Source: an uncultured Lentisphaeraceae bacterium
GTDB lineage: Bacteria > Verrucomicrobiota > Kiritimatiellia > RFP12 > UBA1067
NCBI GenBank assembly: GCA_964386865.1
Contig: CAYLUN010000012.1
Coordinates: 13,029-77,028 of the forward strand
Length of the DNA: 64,000 nucleotides
Direction of reading: 5' to 3'
Within the stretch, counting starts at the first letter, position 1. The number at the start of each line of letters is the position of its first letter. The notes below the pieces were generated by a model. That model made no database searches. It was not told the origin of the DNA and saw only the letters and a program-made list of their open reading frames with translations. The position numbers and the translations under genes are program-made. Of the stretch, positions 47,480 to 56,638 are shown in pieces.

Positions 47480-47953
47480 TTACTGATTCTTCATCGCCAG
47501 CAGCAGCACGCGCTGCCGCGGCTCACGCAGTTCCACCTGCGCGCCCCCGCCCGGGTGGCCTACGACGGTTTGATTCACGGCTAGGCATTGGATCACCCTG
47601 TAAGCGCGCCCGTCAGGGGAGCGCCAGACGCCCGCACGCCGCGCGCCGACGATGTAGTCCTGAGACGGCAACGCCGTCAGACCCGCCGACGCACTCACGC
47701 CTGCGGGCGCAGATGACGCCCTCGTCTGACGCTGCGGCACAGCGTGACAGAGCGCAAACACGCCTGCGAGCAGGACGGCAGCCGCGGCCGCCGCGGCCCA
47801 TGCCAGCGGGAAGCGTGCGCCGCGCTGCGGCTGGACGCCGGGCTGCGGCCGAACCGCTCGCAGACGCTCCATCAGGTCGGGCGGCACTGCCGCCGGCCGG
47901 AGGCTCTTCAGCCGCGCCTCAAGCGCGCCAACCGGATCGTTATCGCCCATCAT
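47480..47953 (-). CDS. Putative single-TM anti-sigma factor
   Basis: Overlaps the sigma stop; LEARLKSLRP N-terminus and one TM helix (WAAAAAAAVLLAG). Confidence 0.7.
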   Translation of the reverse strand: MMGDNDPVGALEARLKSLRPAAVPPDLMERLRAVRPQPGVQPQRGARFPLAWAAAAAAAVLLAGVFALCHAVPQRQTRASSAPAGVSASAGLTALPSQDYIVGARRAGVWRSPDGRAYRVIQCLAVNQTVVGHPGGGAQVELREPRQRVLLLAMKNQ

Positions 47954-48455
47954 TCGCCTCCTCCAGTCCCCGTCTTAACGCCTCCAGCGCATACCGATAC
48001 CTCGAGGCCGCCGTGTTCGCGGGAACAGACACCGCCTCGCCAATCTCCTTGAACGTCAACTCGCCCCAGATCTTCAGCGTCAGAACCTCCTGCTGCTCAG
48101 CGGGCAGCTCGGCGATCCGCCGCTGCATGACCTGGGCGTCAAGCCCGCCGCCGAAATCCGCCTCGAACCACCCCGGCTGCTGGGCGCCCGCCGACTCTTC
48201 CCGCGCGCGCCGCCGGTCCGCGCTGCGCGCGCGGTCAACCGCGCGCCGCCGGATCGTGCTGTACACCAGCGCGAGGGGCGGCGTGCCAGACTGCCCCGCC
48301 CGCGACCAAGCCTCGACGAGCGCCTCCTGCAACACGTCCTCGGCGTCGGACGGCACACGGCACTGCTGCCTCGCGAAGAGCAACAGCCGCCCCGCATGCT
48401 CATCCAGCCACTGCTGCCATCCGTCCGTACTCGTCGGCATTCGATTGCTCCCCAT
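47940..48455 (-). CDS. ECF-type RNA polymerase sigma-70 factor
   Basis: DAEDVLQEA region 2; LPAEQQEVLTLKIWGELTFKEIG...NTAASRYRY region 4. Confidence 0.92.
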   Translation of the reverse strand: MGSNRMPTSTDGWQQWLDEHAGRLLLFARQQCRVPSDAEDVLQEALVEAWSRAGQSGTPPLALVYSTIRRRAVDRARSADRRRAREESAGAQQPGWFEADFGGGLDAQVMQRRIAELPAEQQEVLTLKIWGELTFKEIGEAVSVPANTAASRYRYALEALRRGLEEANDGR

Positions 48456-48783
48456 CACTCCAGCGGGTTTGCCTGTAAAGCGACACCGCCCGTCGCTTTT
48501 GTCTAGACAGAGTCACTCGAGCTTCATTAATTCTGACACAGACCCCGCGCCGCCGACAGTTCAATTAAGGCTCCGCCGATATGCGGGCGCGGCACAGCCG
48601 GGGCTCACTCCGGGGGTGCGATTCAGTTTAGCCGAAACTAAGTCGCACCAAAGGAGGCCCTTTTCGCGCTTGTCCGCGCACCGCCGCATCCGCTATAGTT
48701 AGGAGCACGGTCAACAGTCTTGCCTGCCGCAGTCCGCGGGCGCGGATGGGGAGCAGGCCACGCAAAATCGAACAGGAGGGCGT

Positions 48784-49800
48784 ATGATGAATCGAGTTGT
48801 TTTCGCGATGGTCGGCTGCCTGGCGTTCACGGCCGTTCAGGGCGACGAAGTTCTCTTCAAGTCGGGTGACCGCCTGACCGGCACCGTCAAAGCGGTGTCC
48901 GACGGCAAGATGACCTTCGAGTCGAAGGTGGCGGGCAAACTCACCCTCAACATGGCCGACATCAAGACCTTCTCCACGGACGCGCCCATCGAGATCAAGC
49001 TCGCCGACGGAACCGTCGTGCAGCAGAAGGCGGCGGCGGCGGCCGAGGGCCAGATCGCCGTGCAACCCAGCGGGGCGGCCCAGCCGCAGACGCTCGCGTT
49101 CTCGAGCATCTCCAAGGTCAACCCCGAGAAGCCGCACTGGAAGGGCGCGGTGATCGCGGGCGCAACGATTGTCCGCGGCAACACCGAGAGCACCACGGCC
49201 AACATTGCCGCCGACGCCGCGCGCCGCACGGAGCACGACCGCATCACGCTGGGCGCGGGCTACTACTTCGCCAAGCAGCGCGACAACGCCACCGGGAACG
49301 ACAGCACCATCACCGACAACTGGTTCGCCAAGGGCCAGTATGACCGCTTCCTGTCTGCGCGCTTCTACGGCTACGGCAACCTCCGGTACGAGAAAGACCG
49401 CATCGCCAATCTGGACATGCGCCTCGCGCCCGGCATTGGCTTCGGCTACCAGTGGACGGAGAAGACGGTCTTCAACTTCTCGACCGAGGGCGGCGCGTCA
49501 TGGATCTACGAGAAGTACACGGAGCCCGCTGAGACCCGCACCTACATGGCCGGGCGACTGGCTTACCACCTCGACAAGGCCTTCAACGACCATGTGAAAG
49601 GGTTCCACAACACGGAGTACATCCCCAGCTTCGAGCGCGTTGACACCTTCCTCATCAACACGGACGTTGGGCTGCGCGCCGCGCTGACTTCGCAGCTGGC
49701 GCTCGAGGCCAAGGCCCAGATGGCCTACAACTCACAGCCTGCCGAAGGCCGCGACAAGCGGGACCTGCGCTACATCCTGGGCGCCGGCTGGACGTTCTAG
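48784..49800 (+). CDS. DUF481-like outer-membrane beta-barrel protein
   Basis: Signal peptide, GDRLTG N-terminal domain, RGNT, amphipathic strands and a C-terminal GWTF; upstream TTGTCC-18-TATAGT. Confidence 0.82.
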   Translation: MMNRVVFAMVGCLAFTAVQGDEVLFKSGDRLTGTVKAVSDGKMTFESKVAGKLTLNMADIKTFSTDAPIEIKLADGTVVQQKAAAAAEGQIAVQPSGAAQPQTLAFSSISKVNPEKPHWKGAVIAGATIVRGNTESTTANIAADAARRTEHDRITLGAGYYFAKQRDNATGNDSTITDNWFAKGQYDRFLSARFYGYGNLRYEKDRIANLDMRLAPGIGFGYQWTEKTVFNFSTEGGASWIYEKYTEPAETRTYMAGRLAYHLDKAFNDHVKGFHNTEYIPSFERVDTFLINTDVGLRAALTSQLALEAKAQMAYNSQPAEGRDKRDLRYILGAGWTF

Positions 49801-49808
49801 CGCCGCGC

Positions 49809-52800
49809 TCACTTCCTCCGCTTCAGCACCTCGGTCGCGTGCAGCGCGTAAACGCCGCGCAGGTCGCGTGCGTATTCGCGCAGCGTCTTCTCGCCCGCCC
49901 CGTCGCGGTCGCCGCAGCGCACGAGCGCCCGCGCCACCGCCAGCTCGCGCAGGCAGAGGTTGCGCTCGTTGCCGCTGCCCCCGCCGCCGTACCCGCCAGC
50001 CGGCGAGATCGCCTTCGCGTCCGTCATCGCGTGCCCGCCCACGCCGGGCTTGGCCAGCAGCTCGGACAACGGCCGCGCGGCCGCCGGATCGGCCAGCGCT
50101 TCGAGCGCCAGCGTCACGGCGCGGACGCGCGAGAACGCCGATCTCTCGTCGAGCTTCGAGGCCTCCTCCAGCAGCGGCGCGAGCCCGCGCTTGTCACGGG
50201 TCCGCCCCAGCGCCACGATGTAGCTGTCCATCTCGCTCATGCGCCGCCCGAACGCGCCCTCGCCCGTCACGCTCAGCCCAAGCCCGGGCTGCTTGCCCGC
50301 GACCACGCTTGCCAGCGTCTCCGCGCCCGCCGGGTCGCCCATGATCCCCAGCACGTGCGCATACACCAGCCGCTCCGACGGCGTCTGCGCCGCCGCATAC
50401 GCCTGCCGCACGTGCGGCAGCGACTGCTCCCACTGCGCCAGAACGAGGCTCACGTCCTTGTAGCCGACGCCCAGGCCCTTCACCGCCACAGCCAGCCGCT
50501 CGCGATCAACGAGCGCGTTGTCCTCCCACCCCAGCACCTCCTGCGGGAGGTTGCCGATCTCGACCAGGTGCCGCTGCAGCTTCTTGAAGTCGATCGTCCG
50601 GAACGTCTTGCCCTCGCGAGCGGCCGTCGCCCCCGCCACGCCCGCCACGTAGCCCATGTTCTGGACGTCCGGCTGCATCCGCATGATCGGCATCGCGTCG
50701 CGGTGCGCGCTGATGCCGATCCCGATCACCATCAGCCCCTCCAGCCCCTTGGGCAGCAGCGCCCGGTACGGCACGTTGGCCGAGAATACGCTGCGCCCTC
50801 GCGCCTCCTTCCCGTCGAGCGGCTCGCTGACGTAGCAGATCTCAGCCACCGTGTATCCGTGGCTGTCGAAGTTGCTGCGCGCCTGCACCACCGTGTCCGG
50901 GAAGGTCCTCCCGTTCAGGATGTCCAGCGGCGTCACCCAGCAGTCGCCCACGATGCGCTGGCGCTCGCGGCTCTCCACAAGCTGCGAGACGTCCCAGACG
51001 TTGCCAGCCCCGGCGCGGCCGCGCACGCCGAACAGCCACAGGTCCGCCGCGTCGCAGTCGTTCACGTAGCCGAAGTCGGAGTTGATGTAGCTCGCGCCGA
51101 GCTTGCGCGGCGAGAGCCCCACGCCCTGAACGGCGATCTCTTCGGCCCCCTGAAACACGCAGGGCGCGCCCGCCGCAGCCGCGACCTCGGCGTTGCCGGT
51201 CGCGTCCACCACGCTCTTCGCCAGCACCACTCCGCGCCCGGCCGGCGTCGCCACCACCACGCCGGTCACGCGGCCGTTCTCCACCAGCGTCCCACAGCCC
51301 AGCGCGCCGAACCAGATCTCCGTGCCCGCCTTGCGGTTCTCGCTGCGCCACCACTCGGCCTTGCCGACAATGTACACCGCCGCGTCCAGTTTTTCCACGC
51401 CCGCGTCGTGCTCCGCCGTGAACCCGCACGCGTTCCCGTACCAGTATTTGCCGATCATGCCGAGCGTGCCCACGCCGCCCAAGCCGTGCAGGTGCTCGAT
51501 CAGCAGCGCCTTCCCGCCCTGCCGGCCCGCCGCGATCCCCGCCGGCGCGCCTCCCGTGCCGCCGCCCACCACGACCACGTCATACTCGCCCAGCACGGGC
51601 AGCGTCGTCCGCTCCGCACGCACCGTCGGCAGCCCGCTCAAGAACGGCCGCGGCCCGCTGAGCGACTCTTTGACCTCGCCTGCGGCGACCGCCGACACCG
51701 CGCCGCCCTTGCGCACCGCGGCCTTGGGCGCAGGCAGCGCCTTCGCCTCGGCCGCAGCCGCCGCGCCCACCCGCCCGCCCGCCGCCATCAGCTCCAGCGG
51801 CCGCAGCAGCTTCGCGGCCGCCTCGCGCGTCATGTCCGCGCACCCGCCCAGCACGTAGACGCGCGGCACGCCCGCAGGCCTGAAGCAGCCGAGATCGGCC
51901 TTCTCCGCGCCCGGCCACACACCCGCCAGCGGCGCCGCGGCCTTCATCGGGTCGGGCGGCACCTGGAACAGCGAGTCCGCGCCCTCCAGCAGCGTCTTGA
52001 CGAAAGTCCGGTCGCGGGCCTCCTGCTCGGCCTCGGCGAACGAGCGGTACGACCCGTCCCGCATTCCGATGCGCATCGCGCACTCGAACGCGTGGCCGGC
52101 CACGCTTTTCGCTGCGCCCTTGCGACCCATCGTCAGCGGCGCGTCGTACTCGCCAGGCAGCGTCCGCAGCGCGACCTCTTTCGACGCGGGCGGCTCGCCC
52201 GCGATCACCACGCGCGTGAAGAGCTGCGGCCCCGCCGGATAGGGCCGGAACGACGCGCCGGCCAGCCTCGCCACCGTGCCGCGCTCGGTCGCGTCGACGA
52301 TCGCCTTCGCCAGAACCGCCTGCCGCCCGCTGCGGTTCGCGATCACGATGCCGGCCAGGTTCCCCTCCGCGTCGCGCAGCACGTCGGTCGCGTACGAGCT
52401 CGTCAGAAACGCCGCGCCGCTGTCCAGCAGCGCCCGATCCAGCGCCTGCTTCACGCGCAGCGGCGTCGGCGTGACCACCGCCGCGCCCGCTCCCTTGGCC
52501 TTCACGCTCAGCTCGCTCAGCAGCAGCCGCTTGGCGCCGGGCTTCATCTTCACCGCCACCTTCACGTGGCGCACCGGCCGATCCAGCGACGCCGCGTAGC
52601 GGATCAAATCTTCGGAATCAGCCCCCTCTGCGGGCGCGAGCGGCAACGCCGCGCTCCACGCCTTGCCGTCCGCGCTCACGGACATGTGGCAGGAGCCAAC
52701 CTCGAAGTCGCCCGCCCGCTTGAACGCGACCAGCTCGACGCCGTCTACCGGCTTCACGCCGCCGAGGTCGGCCAGAATGGCCACGTCACCCGCGAACTCG

Positions 52801-53207
52801 ACGGTGTGGTGCTGCACGTCGTCGTAGCTGCCGTCGCACAGCATGTCGCCCGTGTCCCTGTGTTTGCCGCCGCTCGCGACGTCGGTCTTGTACGTGATCG
52901 GCAGGCTCGTCTCCTTCGGCACGTAGATGGCCTTCGCGAGCGGCGAGACAGGCGCTTCGCCCTCTTCGAGCCACAGCCGCAGCGTGCCCGCCAGATCGTC
53001 GCCAAGGTACGGCCGGGGAGCAGCCAGAAACACCTTTGCGCCCGCTTGGGCGGCCGCCTCCGCCGCCGCCACGGCGCCGCACGTTCCGCCCACCACCACG
53101 ACGTCAACCTCTTGGCAGACCGGTATCTCCCGCTCCGACTCCACCACCGCCGCCGCCCTCGCGAAACCGACCGCCATCACCGCCGCCGACAGAAAACGTG
53201 TCCTCAT
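49809..53207 (-). CDS. Secreted tandem-domain FAD-dependent oxidoreductase with an inserted F5/8C-like domain and C-terminal HEAT-like repeats
   Basis: Two Rossmann starts (DVVVVGGTCGA; YDVVVVGGGTGG), DATERG and DATGNA, FDSHG, VPYRALLP and RMQPD; insert ADLG...VSADGKAW...VRHVKV. Confidence 0.82.
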   Translation of the reverse strand: MRTRFLSAAVMAVGFARAAAVVESEREIPVCQEVDVVVVGGTCGAVAAAEAAAQAGAKVFLAAPRPYLGDDLAGTLRLWLEEGEAPVSPLAKAIYVPKETSLPITYKTDVASGGKHRDTGDMLCDGSYDDVQHHTVEFAGDVAILADLGGVKPVDGVELVAFKRAGDFEVGSCHMSVSADGKAWSAALPLAPAEGADSEDLIRYAASLDRPVRHVKVAVKMKPGAKRLLLSELSVKAKGAGAAVVTPTPLRVKQALDRALLDSGAAFLTSSYATDVLRDAEGNLAGIVIANRSGRQAVLAKAIVDATERGTVARLAGASFRPYPAGPQLFTRVVIAGEPPASKEVALRTLPGEYDAPLTMGRKGAAKSVAGHAFECAMRIGMRDGSYRSFAEAEQEARDRTFVKTLLEGADSLFQVPPDPMKAAAPLAGVWPGAEKADLGCFRPAGVPRVYVLGGCADMTREAAAKLLRPLELMAAGGRVGAAAAAEAKALPAPKAAVRKGGAVSAVAAGEVKESLSGPRPFLSGLPTVRAERTTLPVLGEYDVVVVGGGTGGAPAGIAAGRQGGKALLIEHLHGLGGVGTLGMIGKYWYGNACGFTAEHDAGVEKLDAAVYIVGKAEWWRSENRKAGTEIWFGALGCGTLVENGRVTGVVVATPAGRGVVLAKSVVDATGNAEVAAAAGAPCVFQGAEEIAVQGVGLSPRKLGASYINSDFGYVNDCDAADLWLFGVRGRAGAGNVWDVSQLVESRERQRIVGDCWVTPLDILNGRTFPDTVVQARSNFDSHGYTVAEICYVSEPLDGKEARGRSVFSANVPYRALLPKGLEGLMVIGIGISAHRDAMPIMRMQPDVQNMGYVAGVAGATAAREGKTFRTIDFKKLQRHLVEIGNLPQEVLGWEDNALVDRERLAVAVKGLGVGYKDVSLVLAQWEQSLPHVRQAYAAAQTPSERLVYAHVLGIMGDPAGAETLASVVAGKQPGLGLSVTGEGAFGRRMSEMDSYIVALGRTRDKRGLAPLLEEASKLDERSAFSRVRAVTLALEALADPAAARPLSELLAKPGVGGHAMTDAKAISPAGGYGGGGSGNERNLCLRELAVARALVRCGDRDGAGEKTLREYARDLRGVYALHATEVLKRRK

Positions 53208-53510
53208 AGTCTCCACCGCCTCCCTTACATGCGCCCAGTGTAAAGTCGCCGGCCCGCAAGTCAAGCCCCAAGCCCGCCCTTGTCCGCGCTTCGGGCCGGA
53301 GCCCGCCCTGCCAAATACGCCACCTGCGAACCGACCGGCGGCGGGCCGCCTTTTCGCGGGCAGGAGTGCCCGCGCTCCCAGCCTGGCGTCACCTTTTCAT
53401 CTCAAACGCGCCCCTCTCGCATACTTCGGGCACCAACCGATTACGCGACCGGCCGCGTCCGCCCTTGACGGCCTTCGCATTCCGCACTACAGTACAGCTG
53501 ATAAGTTCAA

Positions 53511-55178
53511 ATGAAACGGAAGCAGTCAACGGACGTAGCCAACATGAGCCAGCCGGCAAAAGCCCCGCCGGCGACGAGGCTGTATGCGTTGCCTCCCGAG
53601 ACGTCGAAGGCGAAAGCCAAGGGGGCTCGCCGTCTTCACGGGCTACAGGTTCACCCGCTCGAGTTGGAGCGGCAGAACCAGGAGCTGCGCAAAAGCGAAA
53701 CGAACTTCCGCGCCTTCTTCGAGGCCCTTGGCGACATGATCGTTATCACCGACACCGCGGGCAGGATCGTGTTCACGAACCAGACCCTCGTCAGGAAACT
53801 GGGCTACAGCGCCAAGGAACTCACGCGCATGACCGTGCTGGATCTGCACCCTGCTGACCTGCGCCACGAGGCTGAAAGAACGTTTGCCGCCATGCTGCAG
53901 GGCGAGATGAACGTCTGCCCCCTACCGCTGGCAGCCAAGTGCGGCACGCAAATACCCGTTGAGACGCGGGTCTGGTTGGGCCAGTGGAGCGGCTCCGCGA
54001 GCATGTTCGGCCTCTGCAAGGATCTGAGCGTGGAGCAGGAGGCCCAGCAGAGGTTCGAGCGCCTGTTTAGAAACAACCCGGCTCTGATGGCGCTGTCAAT
54101 CCTACCGGAACAGATATTCGTAGACGTCAACGACTCCTTCCTGAAGACGCTCGGCTTTTCAAAGGGCGACGTCGTCGGCCGAACGTCCGCCGAGCTAGGC
54201 CTGTTCCCAAATCCAAAGCAGCAGGCCATGGCAGCTGCGCGGCTGCTGTCCGAGGGCCGCATCATCGATATCGACCTGCAGGTGCGGGGCAAAGACGGGA
54301 GGCTTCTCGACGGACTGTTCTCCGGCGAGGCGATCAGCAGCCAGGGGCGGCAGTACTTCCTCACGGTAATGCTCGATGTGACCGCGCGAAGGCAAGTGGA
54401 GGCCGCCGAAAACATCCGCCGGCTGAACGCGGAGCTGGAGGAGCGGGTTCGCCAGCGCACCGCGACCATCCGGAGGCTCCACACGGATCTGACGCTCGCC
54501 GAGCAGCGCGAGCGCTCGCGCGTGTCCATGATCCTTCACGAAAATCTGCAGCAGCTCATGGTCGGAGCGAAGTTCCTGCTGCAGAATGCTGTGGAGCGGC
54601 TGCCGGAAGAGGATCGCAAGAGGATTGCGCGCGTGGACCAGATTCTTTCGGACTCCGTCCAGGTCGTCCGCAACCTCGCCGTGGAGCTCAGCCCTCCCAT
54701 TCTGAGAGATGAGGGGCTGGCCGCCACGCTCAAATGGCTGGGACAATGGATGCTGGAAAACTACGGCCTTGCCGTGCGCGTGAGGGTCGGAACGGCCCGC
54801 AAGACGCTTTCGGAAGAGCTGTCGGTCATCCTGTATCAAGTCGTGAGGGAGCTGCTGTTCAACGTTGTCAAGCACGCCAAAGTGAAGGCGGCCGACGTCT
54901 CCATGGAGCAGGCGGGCGGACAGCTGAGAATCGCGGTCAGCGACGCTGGCGTCGGCTTCTCCCCGAACAACCCTCAGCTCTGGGCTTCGCCGGCGAACAC
55001 GCTTGGCCTGATGTCGGTGCGCGAGCGCCTGGCCCTGCTGGACGGGCAGCTGGACGTCGAAAGCGCTCCAGGGCGCGGCTGCCGCATCAGCCTGCGGGTG
55101 CCGCTGACCCCCACGCGAGCCCGGGCCCTCGAGCAGGCAGGCGGATCTAAGAAGCCATTACGCTCACGCCACGCGTAG
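53511..55178 (+). CDS. PAS-PAS sensor histidine kinase, HisKA_3 (NarX/DesK type)
   Basis: ERSRVSMILHENLQQ, LSPPIL, ELLFNVVKHA, DAGVGF and LGL..VRER. Confidence 0.9.
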   Translation: MKRKQSTDVANMSQPAKAPPATRLYALPPETSKAKAKGARRLHGLQVHPLELERQNQELRKSETNFRAFFEALGDMIVITDTAGRIVFTNQTLVRKLGYSAKELTRMTVLDLHPADLRHEAERTFAAMLQGEMNVCPLPLAAKCGTQIPVETRVWLGQWSGSASMFGLCKDLSVEQEAQQRFERLFRNNPALMALSILPEQIFVDVNDSFLKTLGFSKGDVVGRTSAELGLFPNPKQQAMAAARLLSEGRIIDIDLQVRGKDGRLLDGLFSGEAISSQGRQYFLTVMLDVTARRQVEAAENIRRLNAELEERVRQRTATIRRLHTDLTLAEQRERSRVSMILHENLQQLMVGAKFLLQNAVERLPEEDRKRIARVDQILSDSVQVVRNLAVELSPPILRDEGLAATLKWLGQWMLENYGLAVRVRVGTARKTLSEELSVILYQVVRELLFNVVKHAKVKAADVSMEQAGGQLRIAVSDAGVGFSPNNPQLWASPANTLGLMSVRERLALLDGQLDVESAPGRGCRISLRVPLTPTRARALEQAGGSKKPLRSRHA

Positions 55179-55308
55179 GCGCCGGCGTTGCGCGTGCGCA
55201 TCTCCCGGCAGGCAGGCGTCCGGCCTAAGCCTGCGCTTGACCCTCTCTTATGATTCCTTCATAATTGAAAAATTACATCCGTTTCATGGGACAGTAAGGA
55301 GGCATCGC

Positions 55309-55863
55309 ATGTTCAACAGTGAGCTAGGGAGAACGATGGAGGACATGTTCTTCTTCGAGCGCGAGCAGACCCTGATCGAGGCGCGAAAGAAACTCGAGCA
55401 GCTTAAAGAGACCAAGGAGAACTTGGCCAAGGTATCCGGCATCCGGAACGAAGCGGTGCTGGAGAACCTGGTCGCTCTCGGCATTCGGCCGGAGACGCTG
55501 ACCACGCTCTTGGCGGTTCCTTTGGCCGAGGTTGCCTGGGCAGACGGCGAGCTGCAGGAAAAGGAGCGGGATGCTCTGATCGCGTATGCGGAGAAGGCCG
55601 GCGTACGGAACAAGGACGTCAACCCCGAGACGGTGTCGGCCTGGCTGAGGAGGAAGCCCGAGGTGGAGCTGATGAACGCCTGGGAACTCTACATCCAGGC
55701 GCTGAGCCGCGAGCTCAGCGAATCGGACCGGCTCGCGCTGAAGGAGGAGGTCATGGCCGACGCGCGTTCAATCGCGGATGCCGCCGGCGGCTTTCTGGGC
55801 TTCGGCCGGCTCTGCCAGGCGGAGCAGCGCATGTTGGCCCGGCTTGAGGCGGCGTTCGGCTGA
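55309..55863 (+). CDS. TerB-like helical hypothetical protein
   Basis: AAGGAGG RBS; VAWADGEL..KER and IADAAGGFLG...E motifs. Confidence 0.6.
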   Translation: MFNSELGRTMEDMFFFEREQTLIEARKKLEQLKETKENLAKVSGIRNEAVLENLVALGIRPETLTTLLAVPLAEVAWADGELQEKERDALIAYAEKAGVRNKDVNPETVSAWLRRKPEVELMNAWELYIQALSRELSESDRLALKEEVMADARSIADAAGGFLGFGRLCQAEQRMLARLEAAFG

Positions 55864-55932
55864 ACGGCGCGCCCCCGCGCTTGCCCGCTTTTGACTCCAC
55901 GCGACGCTTCGGCTCTGCTACACTACGACCGC

Positions 55933-56622
55933 ATGAATGCCCTTATTTTCGACATGGACGGCGTGCTCGCCGACAACTCGGACTTTCATGTGCAGGCCTG
56001 GACGGTCTACTCGCGCCAGTACGGGCGCGAACTGAGCGTCGACGACGTCAAGAGCCGGCTCGGCTTCAACAATCGCGAGTACATGCGGTTCGTGCTCGGG
56101 CGGGAGCCCTCCGAAGCTGAAGTCCTCAAGTCCACGATCGAGAAAGAGGCGCTGTACCGCGAGATCTACCGCCGGCACCTCGCGACCCCGCCCGGCCTCC
56201 TCGCGCTGCTCGGCGCCGCGAAACGCAGCGGCCTCGCCTGCGGCGTCGCCACCTCGGCGCCGGAGGACAATGTCCGCTTCGTGCTCGACGGCCTCCAGCT
56301 CCGCCCCTTCTTCCGGGAGATCGTAGACGCTTCGCAGGTGAAGCACTGCAAGCCCGACCCCGAGATATACCTGAAAGCCTCCGAGCGCCTCGGCATCCCG
56401 CCCGCCCGGTGCCTCGTGTTCGAAGACGCCATCGCGGGCATCCAAGCGGGAAACGCGGCGGGCATGCGCGTGATCGCGCTCACCACGTCTTACCCCGCCA
56501 GCATCCTTGCGGCACACAAGCCCGCCGCGATCATATCGTCGTTCACCGACCTCGCGAAGCCCGGCCCCGCCGCCGACTTGCTCGCGTCCGTGACCGGCCA
56601 GCGGCTGCTGCTGCAAAACTAA
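55933..56622 (+). CDS. HAD-superfamily phosphatase (beta-phosphoglucomutase-like)
   Basis: FDMDGVL, ATS, KPDPEIY and FEDA..GI.A..AAGM. Confidence 0.9.
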   Translation: MNALIFDMDGVLADNSDFHVQAWTVYSRQYGRELSVDDVKSRLGFNNREYMRFVLGREPSEAEVLKSTIEKEALYREIYRRHLATPPGLLALLGAAKRSGLACGVATSAPEDNVRFVLDGLQLRPFFREIVDASQVKHCKPDPEIYLKASERLGIPPARCLVFEDAIAGIQAGNAAGMRVIALTTSYPASILAAHKPAAIISSFTDLAKPGPAADLLASVTGQRLLLQN

Positions 56623-56638
56623 CGGCCTACAGCCTCCC

